Shown here: positions 26,189 to 38,003 of the stretch, one piece after another
Numbering within the stretch: position 1 is the first letter of the stretch
Layout: each line of letters begins with the position of its first letter
Origin: Glaucostegus cemiculus
Lineage: Eukaryota
DNA length: 64,000 nt
Reading direction: 5' to 3'
Assembly (NCBI GenBank): GCA_976551045.1
Contig: CDPCPM010000037.1
Coordinates: 20,088,001-20,152,000, forward strand
Translations under genes and position numbers: made by a program
The notes under the pieces: model-generated
The model's database searches: none
What the model was told of the DNA's origin: nothing
The model's input: the letters and a program-made list of their open reading frames with translations, nothing else

Positions 26189-26945
26189 AAATCAAAGTTG
26201 CAATAACAGCAATGGCTGGGGAGGTTGATTAGGTACCTTGAAGATAGGTGGGTTGGGTTGAATGATTAAAGTATTAGGGTCCAGGAATTGGGGGTGGTGA
26301 CAGTAAACTGGGGGTTGGGAAGGGTATGGTGGTCTTGAGGTAATTGGACTGGCAGTTCACGATCAGGGGAAGCTGTGATTTACAGTAAGGTGCCTAAAGA
26401 AGCAAGGTTAGTGAGCTAGGGAAAATTAGTTCAGAGCTGGGTACAAATGAGTAAAAGGAGCTATCTTACATGGAGCTTCTTCAAAAGAAACACTGCTGTA
26501 CCAAGTGCACTGATCACATGATTTTTCTTCAAGGGTGAAATATGACTAGTAGCATTCAATCAAATTTCTGCTGCAAAATTAAATGCAAAGAAAAAAAAAT
26601 TGCAGCTGCCATACTGAATTCTGTAGTAATGAAGAAAACAAGATCCAGTACCTAGACCAATAAACTGGGAAATGCTACATTAGCTATAAGATGCAAAGAA
26701 AAGGAAGGAGAGCAGTGCACAAAAGGCAAGGTCTCTGATGAGATGGAAAGGCAGAAGAAATTAAATTACAAAAAGGAATGAGAGTACAATTCCAGATATT
26801 AAATTCAAGTATTGCTCAATGCACAGACAATACTTCCAAACTGAATTTGAAAAATTCAGTTATATATATTTAATATAATTCCACCATTTTATTTTACATA
26901 AATGCAGAAAAATGAAACTAATCCAGCTTTAGCATTTTAACTCTA

Positions 26946-27012
26946 AAATCAAAATCAAATTAAAGTTTATTGTCATATGCACAAGTACATGTATGCACAG
27001 GTGCAATGAAAA
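26946..27012 (-). mobile_element. 3' tail of a Rex1/Babar-type LINE
   Basis: Reverse complement reads ttttcattgcacctgtgcatacatgtacttgtgcatatgacaataaactttaatttgattttgatt, like the tail at 60520-60578. Confidence 0.6.
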
Positions 27013-27104
27013 ACAATGAAGTGATTACTAAATAACTAATGCAAAGTTTTAGAAATTGGACACATTTTTGGCATTGGGAATGTCAGATTAATCTGAATTG
27101 GCTA

Positions 27105-27480
27105 GTGCTAGGTCTTTTCTCCCTGGAGCAGAGAAGGTTAAAAGAGGTCAAGAATAAGGCATATAAAATTATGAGGAATAATAGATAGGATAGACTACAG
27201 AAAACACTTCCCCATATCAAAGGTAGATAAAGGACATAGGTTTAGAGTAAGGGGGAAAGAGGTTTTTAGGGGATATGAAGAGGCAGTCTTCACCCGGAGA
27301 GAGGTAAGAAGCTGGAATGCACTGCCTGAGAGAGTGGTTGAAGCTGGGTCACTGACATTAAAGAAGAGTCCAGATGAACATTTGAATCACTTAGGCATAG
27401 GGGTTAATATAGAAGGGTGCCCGCTGGTTGCTGTGTATGAGTTAGCTGAAATGCCCTGTTTCTATACTGTATGATTCTGT
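27105..27480 (+). mobile_element. Older CR1 3' fragment
   Basis: ctaggtcttttctccctggagcagagaaggttaaaagag...ggacataggtttagagtaaggggg...tggaatgcactgcctgagagagtggttgaagc, then a tail ending ctgtatgattct. Confidence 0.8.
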
Positions 27481-27632
27481 GAACTTAGGAAGTTGAATTT
27501 GCACTGGAAAACTTCTGAAAGCTCAGTACATAAACTACGTGAATTTAAGTGCTAATCTTTATTTTCCAGTTCACGACCTGGCACACATCCAATGTTAGAG
27601 CCAGGTTCTGATCTGAAATGGTATTTTAGCTT

Positions 27633-27702
27633 CACCTCAGCAAAAATACTTAGCAGTTGCAAAGCAACACCTCAGCAAAAATATTTAGCAGTAGCAAAGT
27701 AA
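27633..27702. repeat. 35-bp tandem duplication (2 copies, 3 mismatches)
   Basis: cacctcagcaaaaatacttagcagttgcaaagcaa / cacctcagcaaaaatatttagcagtagcaaagtaa. Confidence 0.9.
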
Positions 27703-28479
27703 CACTATAAACATCTGATTTAAAATGTTTAGCTAATGATTAAATCATAGTAACAAAAGGCATTCCTCCTTCCTCATTTATCTCTTCAATCATTCAGAAT
27801 GGTTGCATGATGTAAATTGATGGAATGCTATCATTTTACAAACTAGTCATTTCACCTTCCAGTCAAATTTTCAGAAGTTTGGAAAAATGTTAAGTATAAT
27901 AGTTTCAGGCATAAATTGCATATTTCTGCTCAAGGCAATAATAAACTTGTATTTCTAAAACAAACAAATGCTGTCTTCATTTGAAAAGCAATTTTAAAAC
28001 CCAATTTCCTAACCCAATCTCCTATAAATTATTTTGCAAATTCCGACAAATGGTGCACTTCTGAAGCCGTCCCAAATCAGATATTATCCTAACTAATGAA
28101 AAGGCTCAATGTTGGCTTTTCAAAACAAACTACCCAAAAGACAGATGCTCTTCTGACTTTCCCCACTGTCTTTTTAGGAAGCCTCTGATCTCAACTTGCT
28201 TGATATCTCCAATATTCCTTGTGGAAAGGTAAGAAAACTCATATTTCACCAAATAACCATCCACTGCACATCAGCTTCCCCAGTACATCTATCGGTTTCC
28301 CATTAAATGATTTTAATTCTATTAGTTAGACAAATTATTAAGTGAGGTGCATTTTACTGGACAATAGCAATACTTTTCTTAAGTCAAACTGGGTTGAGCT
28401 GAAGACGTGGAGTTTACATGATGACAACATGGCTCAAATGAACAAAAGTACAAGATATCTTCAGCATTCAAGAACATTA

Positions 28480-29175
28480 ATTGGGATATTTATAAAATAT
28501 TTCAGATTGTAACACCCTCTTGATCAGGAAAGACATCTTAAGTCCTGCTTCTGAAAATGTAGGCAATGGTAGACCTACTGCCTATTATATCTTTCTCAAC
28601 TGATGCTCACAGCAGTTGTACTACTGTCATACTGCTGTGCCGGAAAGGGTAATCTGGCCTCCTTAAGGACCATTCTTCTGGTCTTCCTACTTCAAACAGC
28701 AGCAGAGTGTCATCAAATCAAAGAATTATAATTGTCAACTTAGAAATCAGGCACTAATCAACTGGTCCTCTGTTGCTGGATACTTCTAACTGTACATCAA
28801 TAAAGTGGAATTCCACACAAACGTGGATACCACCAGTAACATCCTGTCATTCAGAGAATCCTGCAATGTTATAAATTGCAGTGTCCTCTGTTCTATGGCT
28901 GATTTTACATGAGCAAAGTGACAAAGGCTCTTTAACTAATGAACAATGTGCCTGCGTGAATTTGATGGATGGGTACACTGCAGGTTGAGTGATGTTATTG
29001 ACACCCTTGTGATATCAGGGAATGAGGTATAAATATTCATGATTCTAGTGACCTTAACTGTTACTGGCAAAAGGTCAGTTTCGAGGAGATGCCACAAATC
29101 CCTCAGTGCTCCCCTGGGAAAGCACAGATTGGGAAGGCAGTTGACTTCAGGCATCCCAGGGTGTATGTCTGTCAA
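28480..29175 (-). pseudogene. Decayed PIF/Harbinger (HARBI1-like) DDE transposase
   Basis: Collinear minus-strand motifs across frameshifts: LCFPRGALRDLWHLL, LPVTVKVT, NIAGFSE*QDVTGGIHV (IAGFP.VQG.IDCTHV), FHFIDVQL (FHSINVQL), WSLRRPDYPF (WLLGD.GYPL), ERYN, LRCLS*SRG (FRCLDRSGG). Confidence 0.75.
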
Positions 29176-29199
29176 TGATGGGGAAATTAAATTCAGGGA

Positions 29200-29320
29200 T
29201 GCCTGTGAGTTAAGAATTGGATGAGCACAGATATTATAGAGGGGTTTAGGGGTTTACAGAAATAGGGTAGGTAAGGTGATGGAAGGATTTGAAAACAAGG
29301 ATGAGCATTTTAAAATTATC
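29200..29320 (-). mobile_element. L2-like LINE fragment
   Basis: ggtttacagaaatagggtaggtaaggtgatggaaggatttgaaaacaaggatgagcattttaaaatt resembles the antisense of an L2 late-ORF2 segment. Confidence 0.5.
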
Positions 29321-29899
29321 AGCTTTGCAATGCTCATCATTTGAAATATCTTCATTATTTTCCCTGTGCAAAGCCAGCAACAGAGCAAGAATACACTGCT
29401 TTGTTTTTCACTTTACAGGATTTTGCTAAGGTATTCACATGGCTTTCTTAACTCCATGCATATTATGGCTTCATGATTTGTAAGCAGTACCACTTTATTA
29501 ATGGTCTGTTCATCTGGCTGAGTTCAAAAGGTGAAAGCAAACAGCATCATTCAACTGAAAACCTGTTGCTTACTTTCTTTCTGTTAGTTTTCCTCAACAA
29601 ATATGGAAAAGGCTTGTTTTTATATAGCACACTTAACATACTAAAGATACTCCACAGGAGCATTTTCAACTAAATCTAAAATTGAGCTATCAGTGGTGGT
29701 AGCATTGGCCCCCCAGAATTGATGATGATGCTTATCAGGTTCAATGTGCCTTTAGATGACCGAGAAGCCAGATTCTGGACATACACATACTTTGGCAGTG
29801 GTGATACATTGCTGCTTAGTGATGCTACAGTCCCAATTTGGTCCACTCCTGCTTCCTCTGCTGCTGTGACAGATAAACTTGGTCAAATAGGCAAGATAT

Positions 29900-31365
29900 A
29901 AGTAGTAAAAAGAAAACACTGATCAAGATGGTGAGGGAATTACACAGACAAGATGTTAAAGATGTAACTATTAAAACTGTCATTGTCAGGAGATCAGAAA
30001 TGTAGGAACTCAAGTATCCTGAGAAGTTGCAGAGTTGAAAGACCACAAAGACAGTGAGAAGCTAGGGTGATGACTATTTTAAAATCCAGGTGCTACTTAA
30101 ACTTAACAAATTGTGGAGCAGGTTGCTCAAGCACAAAAAGAATTTGTTGCAAATTAGGACAGATGACAGACGATCAGTTAACTTCAAGTTTAGAACATGG
30201 TGTGGAACAGAGAGACCTAGGAGTACAGATACATAGTTTGCTGAAAGTGGTGTCACAGGTAGACAGAGTGGTGAAGAAGGCATTTGGCATGCTGGCCTTC
30301 ATCAGTCAGGGCATCAAGTACAAGAGCTGGGATATTATGTTGCAATTGCACATGACATTGATGAGGCCACACTTGGATTAGTGTAGTTTTGGTCACCCTG
30401 TTATGGAAAGAACATCATTAAACTGGAAAGAGTGCAAAGAGGATTTACAAGAACGTTGCCACGACTCAAGGGCCTGAGTTACAGGGAGAGGTTGGACAGG
30501 CGAGGACTTTATTTCTTGGAGGCTGCAGGGTAACCTCAGAGGTGTATAAAATCATGAGGGACATAGAAGAGTGAATACACACAGTCCTTTTCCCCAGGGA
30601 AAGGGAATCAAAAGCTAAAGTGTATAGGTTTAAGGTGAGAGGGGAAAGGATTTAAAAAAGGGACCCGAGGGGCAACTTCTTCATGCAGAGGGTGGTGTGT
30701 ACCTGAAACGAGATGCCAGAGAATGTAGTTCAGTCGGCTACAATCACAGTGCTTAAAAGACATTTGGATAGGTAAAGGGATAGGAAAGGTTTAGAGGGAA
30801 TATGGGCCATACGCAGGCAAATGGGACTAGCTTAGGCACCTTGATCAGCATTGATGAGTTGGGCCAAAGGACTTTTTCTGTGCTGTATTACTCCAGGAGT
30901 CTAAGGTGGGCTGGCAGAAATCATCCAGGCATAACTGAGGAATCCTGCACCAGATAACTTGGAGCAAGAGTAAAGCTAGGTAATATTAGAGGTGGAAATG
31001 GCAGTTTTAGTGAGAGTATAGATAGGTGGTCCAATGCTAATCTCAGATCAAAAATTAGTTTGAAGTTATGAAGTTTTTCTGTTTATGGTGTGGGCCAGTT
31101 GATGAGCTTTTTATTTTGAATATTTAGTTGGTAGAAATTCTCTTCACCTGTGTTGGAAGTTGGAGAAGCAGATTGACAGCTTAGATGGAATATGGAAGTA
31201 AACGTTATTCATGACTGTGCAAATTAATTGTGAGTTATGAAATGATGTTGCCAAGAACCGGAACGTAGCAGAGCTGACAGACAGATTTCTGGGAAACACC
31301 AGAAGACTTGGGATGCACAGGAAGAGAACCCATTTCAGGTGATTCCCTAGCTATGACTGATAACC
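29900..31365 (-). mobile_element. Old L2-like LINE interrupted by the CR1 at 30196-30902
   Basis: Both flanks of the CR1 continue one decayed antisense LINE; the reverse complement near 31280-31300 gives GVSQKSV (GVPQGS motif relic). Confidence 0.5.
30196..30902 (+). mobile_element. Intermediate-age 5'-truncated CR1 LINE
   Basis: EQRDLGVQIHSLLKVVSQVDRVVKKAFGMLAFISQGIKYKSWDIMLQL...RPHL, then a frameshifted C-terminus and 3' UTR gttgggccaaagg...tgtgctgta. Confidence 0.9.
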
Positions 31366-33984
31366 TAATCTTGATTCCCTTTCACCCTCATCCCCCACCA
31401 TCCAAAAAAATGGTTAATTTACCAAATGAGCACAATAAGTAAATGCATGAATGTAGAGTGGGAAACTCCACACTTTCTACCAATGATTTATATCGACTAA
31501 TATTAATCAATGGCAAATCATTGATGTGGATCTGAAACAGGAAGTCTCTCCTTAATTGCTTATTCCTAAAACACACAGAGGTGTTAAAAACTCAAATAGT
31601 TGAGAATACTGCACAGAAATTTTGATATTCATTGACTGGAGCAATCAGAAACAAAAATAGAAAATAAAGCCTTCAGATAAAAATGAATCCAAAGAAACTA
31701 CACAGCATTACAATTCCAACTATCACAGATGTTAACAGTTAAACTTTGCAAAAGATCCAATAGGTTTGTGAAAGGTATGTAAAACTGCACATTGTAATAT
31801 CTCATTTGATCATAGTTGCTCTATTCCTAAACTCCTGTCACCCAACTTTTGATCATTTCTCTCAATACTCTTATCTGAAAAGAACTATTAATCTTAAAAA
31901 TGGCACCAATTAAAATGAAACCATTGAATAGTTAAGCAGAATGTCAGTGGCATGTTCTTTGCGATTTGAGCAGAAGTGGGAATATGGATTTCTGGACCCA
32001 TGCTTGACCAGTCAACCAATGTAAACAATCCTGATAACTGCATCAACAACAAAAATTTCCAGTCTCTGAACGGATATTGACACCTATCCACCAAAAAATA
32101 TACAGAAGGGATGATTTCCTATTTTAGCACTTGGGATAAATGCCAGTACAGAAGTAGGAAATTGTAAGTTCCCAGGCCATGATTTGCATTTATTAAAATT
32201 AAGCAATGGGCAATCATATTAACAGATTCAAAGCAGAAAATCTCCCATTAACTGATTATTCATAAAACAATTTTAATTAAACAAAGCTTTTTCCCATTTA
32301 AACTGTAAATTACGCTTGAAAAATTTCTCAATTGCCTCAATTCAAGTAAATTTTTAAACATTAATCTAACTTGGTTTTCTTGTTTTCTGTGGCATTTCTC
32401 ACCAGTGCGGCTTAGTTCATCTTGACTTCTATTAAATATTTTCAGTGAGAATGATATCAACAAAGTTAAATTAAGCACATTTTAAATATAACATATACTG
32501 CATGCTCTGAATCAAAAAATGGGTTTTAATTATTTGATGTCAAAACACAAAGTAAGCTTTTTTTCTTTTGTTATGTTCTTTATGGAGACACCACATAGAA
32601 GGCGAGAGTACAACATCACTACATAAAGCCTTTAAACAAGGTGACAAAGCAATCTGACAGGTCTTTTTGTTCCTCTCACGCATTTATTCTCTTTCCCCCT
32701 CCTCTGTGACTATGCTGACTCCTTGACAGAGTTTATGTCACTTTACACTAGCCCCCAGTGATGGATGAGGCACAGGCTGGAAAAGAGATTGACTGAAAAC
32801 CCACTGGCCATCATTTAATCACAGAGCTAAGACAGAGCAGCAAACTGTAAGATGGATGTGCATTACATGAGTGCTGTTAATGACAGAAAATGTATGCCTA
32901 CTAAATCTCAGCTGTTAGTCATTTGAGACTGAAGTAACTGACAATAACTGTGCGAATTAGATGTGCTAAATAATCTACACAAACTTTAAGAAACATGTGC
33001 AGAGAAATTCCAATGCTCCTAGATGGGTGTATCAGATGGAGGGTGCCAGGGCATACTAATGATTACTTTTGTCATTGAGCTGCTGCAAATTTCAGTAGCT
33101 TCCTTATGCCAAGTTCTTGCACACTACTAAAATGACATCACACTTTTCCACAATGGAAAATGAGTGGTAACAAAACCAAGGCTGGGCCTGGAGATTCGGT
33201 GGCAGTGGAGGAGGGAAGTGGTAGATAAAAGGGCCGGCAGCCACTGACAGAGGTTCATGGTCTAGGGGACAGGTTGGTGACAAGATACATAGCTGAGGTG
33301 TCTGATTAGATTAGGCCAGGATGGTGCAGTTTGGACAAGAGGTAGGGATGGGAGAAGTCAAGAATGCAGAGGTAAGTAGCTGAGGATCAAGACATCAAAA
33401 GGTTGTGAGCAAGGTTCAGATGGCAAGGAGGAATCCACGGCACAGCGGAGATCCCTGAATGTAAAAACCATGGGACATAACTTGCAGGGATCCAAATCCT
33501 GTGTTATTAAATCCCAGTTTTCCTGGAAGCTCCCAACAATGGGCACTCCCAGGGTAACTTAATCTAAGTACCTATTAGTCCTCCAAAGGGGGCATTCTAC
33601 GGGGAATGACGTCATTCCATATGTAAATGTTGCAGAAATTGCATCAATTATGCAAACATTCTGGGAGTGTCTGTTAAATTGCTGGTGTGATTGAAATGAC
33701 CTGGAAATACTTATGACCATATCTCACTCCAGGTAATGTCAACTATCAATTTTATAATGCTTGAAGAAAAACATGCCACTGTATTTCTACATCCTGGCTT
33801 GCTTGACTGTCTTGCCATATCTCAAAGAGCTGTACAGCAAATAAGAGGGATAAATTTTGATGAAGATATATCAGAGAATCCATTTCTAACAAAGAAAAAT
33901 TGACTGAAATTAAACTGAATTGTCATTTCTTTTGTTTTCAATTTCTCAACAAGTGGCTGCTTAACCTTGGTGTTGTGCCCAACT

Positions 33985-34090
33985 TCAAAGCAAAAATTGA
34001 AAAGGCAAGGAATACTCAGCAGATCAGGAAGAATCCATAGGAAATTAAAAGACCTGTATTCAGTTATAGAACCTTCCACAGATTGGAAAT
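33985..34090 (-). repeat. Decayed Penelope-type short repeat
   Basis: ggaatactcagcagatcaggaagaatccatagg resembles the family arm (actcagcaggtcaggcagcatc). Confidence 0.45.
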
Positions 34091-37000
34091 AGAAGCAAAT
34101 GAAAAAGATTTTGCAATAGAGACAAATGACAGAATTTTGATTTTTTTAAAAAATATTTGTTTCAGCTTTTCCCTCGTCCATCTCAACTATTCTATTTCCA
34201 TGGTATTTTAACTGGAAGGTGAAATGGCTTTTCTGAATTCCACAATAAATTTTGCCTTTATATTGATGGGCATGAATTTTGAACATGATGGACTTTCTCT
34301 GAGAGCTTAGCATGGATAGCTATAGTATGAAGATGTGGTCCACCTAACAGGTTACATTTTTAAATTATATGTGTTTTTGGTTCCGAAATGGGAATCCAAA
34401 ATGTTGTAGTTTGTGCTCCTTTACCACTCCAGGGATAAAATATTTAAGATTTCTATATTGTTATTGTCTTAAGGAATTGATTGAATGCTCTTACCTCGTC
34501 TTAATGAAACAGTGACGGTTGAAAAGGATCTGGCTGAGGAGCTTTAATGGAGGTCAATATAAAGAAAACTGTTGTGCAAGTGCAACTATTACTTCAAAAC
34601 CTAATAGTCATTTTAGGTAAGAAAATGGTCAGAGAATCACAAATCATGATTCAAACAGCTTCACAGATAATGGAAGTAAGAGACTCTCTAAAGTATTTAA
34701 TTATTTTTATGAGTGCCAAAGTAGGATTTAGGATCTGGGTACACACAAAACTAACCTAAGTCTCCTCCCAGAAAACCAATTACAATATTAAATCTGAAAG
34801 CCAAAATTTGGATTTCTTAAACCTCATTATTTGAGCATGGCCAGATTAATATCGCGCAAGTGAAATGCCCAAAATGGGCATTCCAGACCTTATCCTCTTA
34901 TAGAATAATTTCAGCAATAAGCACATCTGTCAGCAATTAGAACATCTGGAAAAGGATATCCTGTCTTAGGAAGTGTGTATATCTGTGTGATCATGTGGTT
35001 AGAATGTATGTGAGAAGTAGTGGATACAAATGGACAGGGAACACTAAACGGAAGTTTTTAAACATGTTACTGACTATGCAGAAAATCAGTAAAAATGTAT
35101 GAGATTTTGGAGATGCACACTAAGTATGGAAGGGCAACTCCCATACACGGCCAAAAATCAATTATGTGCAGCAGCATCCTGCAATATCAAACTTCAATTA
35201 TAGAACTAAGTTGGAGGGGAGCATTCTCACTAGAGGCAAGAAATAATTATAATGAAAGGAATTTTTTCACTATTACATTTTAAAATATTGTGAGCCAACA
35301 TTAAACATAGATGTTTTTTCATGATCTTCATAAATCCTGTTTCATTCATCCATTTCATTTTCACAATCATAGGATCTGAAACAAATCAATTTTTTAAATA
35401 AATTTATTGGGATACCCTGCACTTAATCATAAAATAGTCATCAACATTTACAAATCATTTTGTTAGCTATAAGATACTAGCCTGATTTGTATCTTCTTTG
35501 CCTTTCTGTTATGATGGTTATGGATTCAATCATGTATTGTATGGCTTACATTACTAAAATCAGTTACACTGTGTTTATTTTGTTAGTCTAATAGATTCCA
35601 AAAAAAATCCAATAGGTAGAAAATTAGTCTCTTGGCAAAATGGTACAATAAATTGAAATTATATTGTAATCTACTACAGAATAGTAGAATGAAACATGCA
35701 CTTAAAGCTAGAAGTCACACACAGGTCCTGATACTGATTGTGAAGGTCAGAAGACACAGTGTAGGAAAATATACCATTATTTTTGATGGAGGGAGAAAAA
35801 GAAAAACTGCCTGTCTGAAGGGTTGTTAAACTCCTGGCTCTATTTGTCAGGATAATAAAACAGATGCCTTCTTAGTTTAGGTACACAATGAGGCAATTAA
35901 AACAAGTTACTTTGAAGAGAAATTCTTAAAGCTACTGACCTATTATTTAAATCTCGAACCAATTTACTAAATTTTGAGTATTTTCAAAATAAACGGAGAT
36001 ATAAGAGACCCTGATTATCAAAACTGTTAATAGCAAAGTTAGAATGGCTTTCTTTTATTGAAATCTCTATTTGGACCTTTATCTTCCAGAGTCTTTATTC
36101 CCACAAGTACAATCTTTCAATTAGGCAGCTTTTAAATTTAAATGCCAGTCTATAATGGCACTACACTGGCATCTTCAACACAACAGTGTGGCAACAAAAT
36201 TGTCTAATTAATTTTAGTTTTCTTAAAAGTTAAAAAGAAATAATAGTTGAAGACACAGGCGGAATGAAAAATCTCACCTCTAATTGCAGTATCATTTATG
36301 TAAAATAACTGATCTTTAAAGGAAATTTGATTACATCCATGAGAAATGTTTGTTAGAAACCAAGTTTGTAATATTGAGTTTCTTATAATGGTCCATTTTA
36401 TTTTGATGTCAAGCCAATCATCTATCGCAATTCTGAATTAATTTTCATATCCAACATAATAACACACCTACCATGCCTCTGTGAACTCTCATTAGAACCA
36501 TTTACTTAGAGCCACTTTCTTGAGGGAAAAGTATGATGGTCCTATGAAGGTTTCATTACTTTCCAAGAAACCAGTCATTATTTGTACTGTAACCAGGAAC
36601 ATTGATAGAAAAGAGCTTTAAAAAGATCTGGGAAATTATCATTTAGGATTTCTCCAGTCATAAGGGAAGTGCTGACTTAAGGAGCTTCTTTTTAGACAGA
36701 ATAAACAGCATGATAACCTGACAATGTTTATGTGTTATTTCTCAAGGGAAATTTCATCCTCAGCCGGAATAACATTGGGGGACAGGGTGCAGATGACAAA
36801 AAAATTATGACCACGATACTAAAAAGAGGCTCTATAAATGCAAGTTAATGTAAAACAAACTCTAGGCCCTTGAAGATCAAAAGCTTAGTTTTCTAGCTGC
36901 AATGCAGCACAATAATGTAAAATAAAAGTAAAGCCCATACAAGACCTTAGCTAAAATTGCATTTCTAATTTTGAGTAAAATTGTACACGACATATCATTA

Positions 37001-38003
37001 TGAAAAAAACATACAAGACAATGATTAAAATTTCAACTACAGAAACTGAGGTGCGTTTCATTAGAGGAAGATAATTTAAAGGAGACCTTGGAGATTACAA
37101 GAGATTATGAAAGAGTAGAAGAGATAGATTCTTTTTAATGGATGACAGGACAACAATGAAAGAATTAAATTTTTAGACATTCACAAGACAGTTAAAGTGG
37201 ATTTAAGAAAATATGTCAAGGTACAGCACGATTAGAAAGTATAATTATTTACTATAAATTGTTGTTGAAGCGGAGTCCACAAATTTTAATTTAGAATTCA
37301 ATATTTGCTTTAAAATGTAAAATATTACAATTTTAGGAACCAATAAGAGTGAAATAAACCAGGTTCTTTATTTGGGAAAACTAATCAACTAATGTGATTG
37401 TCTATAATTTATCATAAGAATGGATGAAACCTTCATAAAGCTATTTATTCCAATCAGACATTATGTAGAATAAGAATCAATTGGCATGATAACTTGTCAA
37501 CAGGACCACAACTAGAATTAAAAATGCATGTTAAATACATTAAGAGATACAATTACGTAAAGTGAAATTCCACTTTTTAAAGAGTTTCTAGTTCCTAAGT
37601 GGTTATAGTTTATTCAGGTGGATTCCCCAATCTCTGTTGTACCAAACAAAACTGCCACTTATGACACAAGGCCCTGGAATACTTCCCAGTTTATGGTTAT
37701 TTCACAACTATCAAGATTTTGCATGGATCTCTGGCTGTTATACTCGATTTAACCAGTTACATGTGCTACATAGTTATTCAGTCATACGAGTGCATTCAGT
37801 TAAAATGCAACCACAAAATGTGAAAAAAAATAGATTTCATATGCTTTATCTTCATTCAGAAGGTGGACTATCAAAATCTTCTTGATAATATATTCCAACT
37901 TTAATCACATCTTTTATATACAATTAATTTACAAATCAGTTTAGGTATGCAAGTGCAAAGAAATTATTTAAATATTATATTTTCATGAGAGATCCTGCAG
38001 AAC

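Noticed and set aside
27633-27702. 35-bp direct repeat as a CRISPR-like array
   Set aside because: Two abutting copies with no spacer in a vertebrate context; a simple tandem duplication
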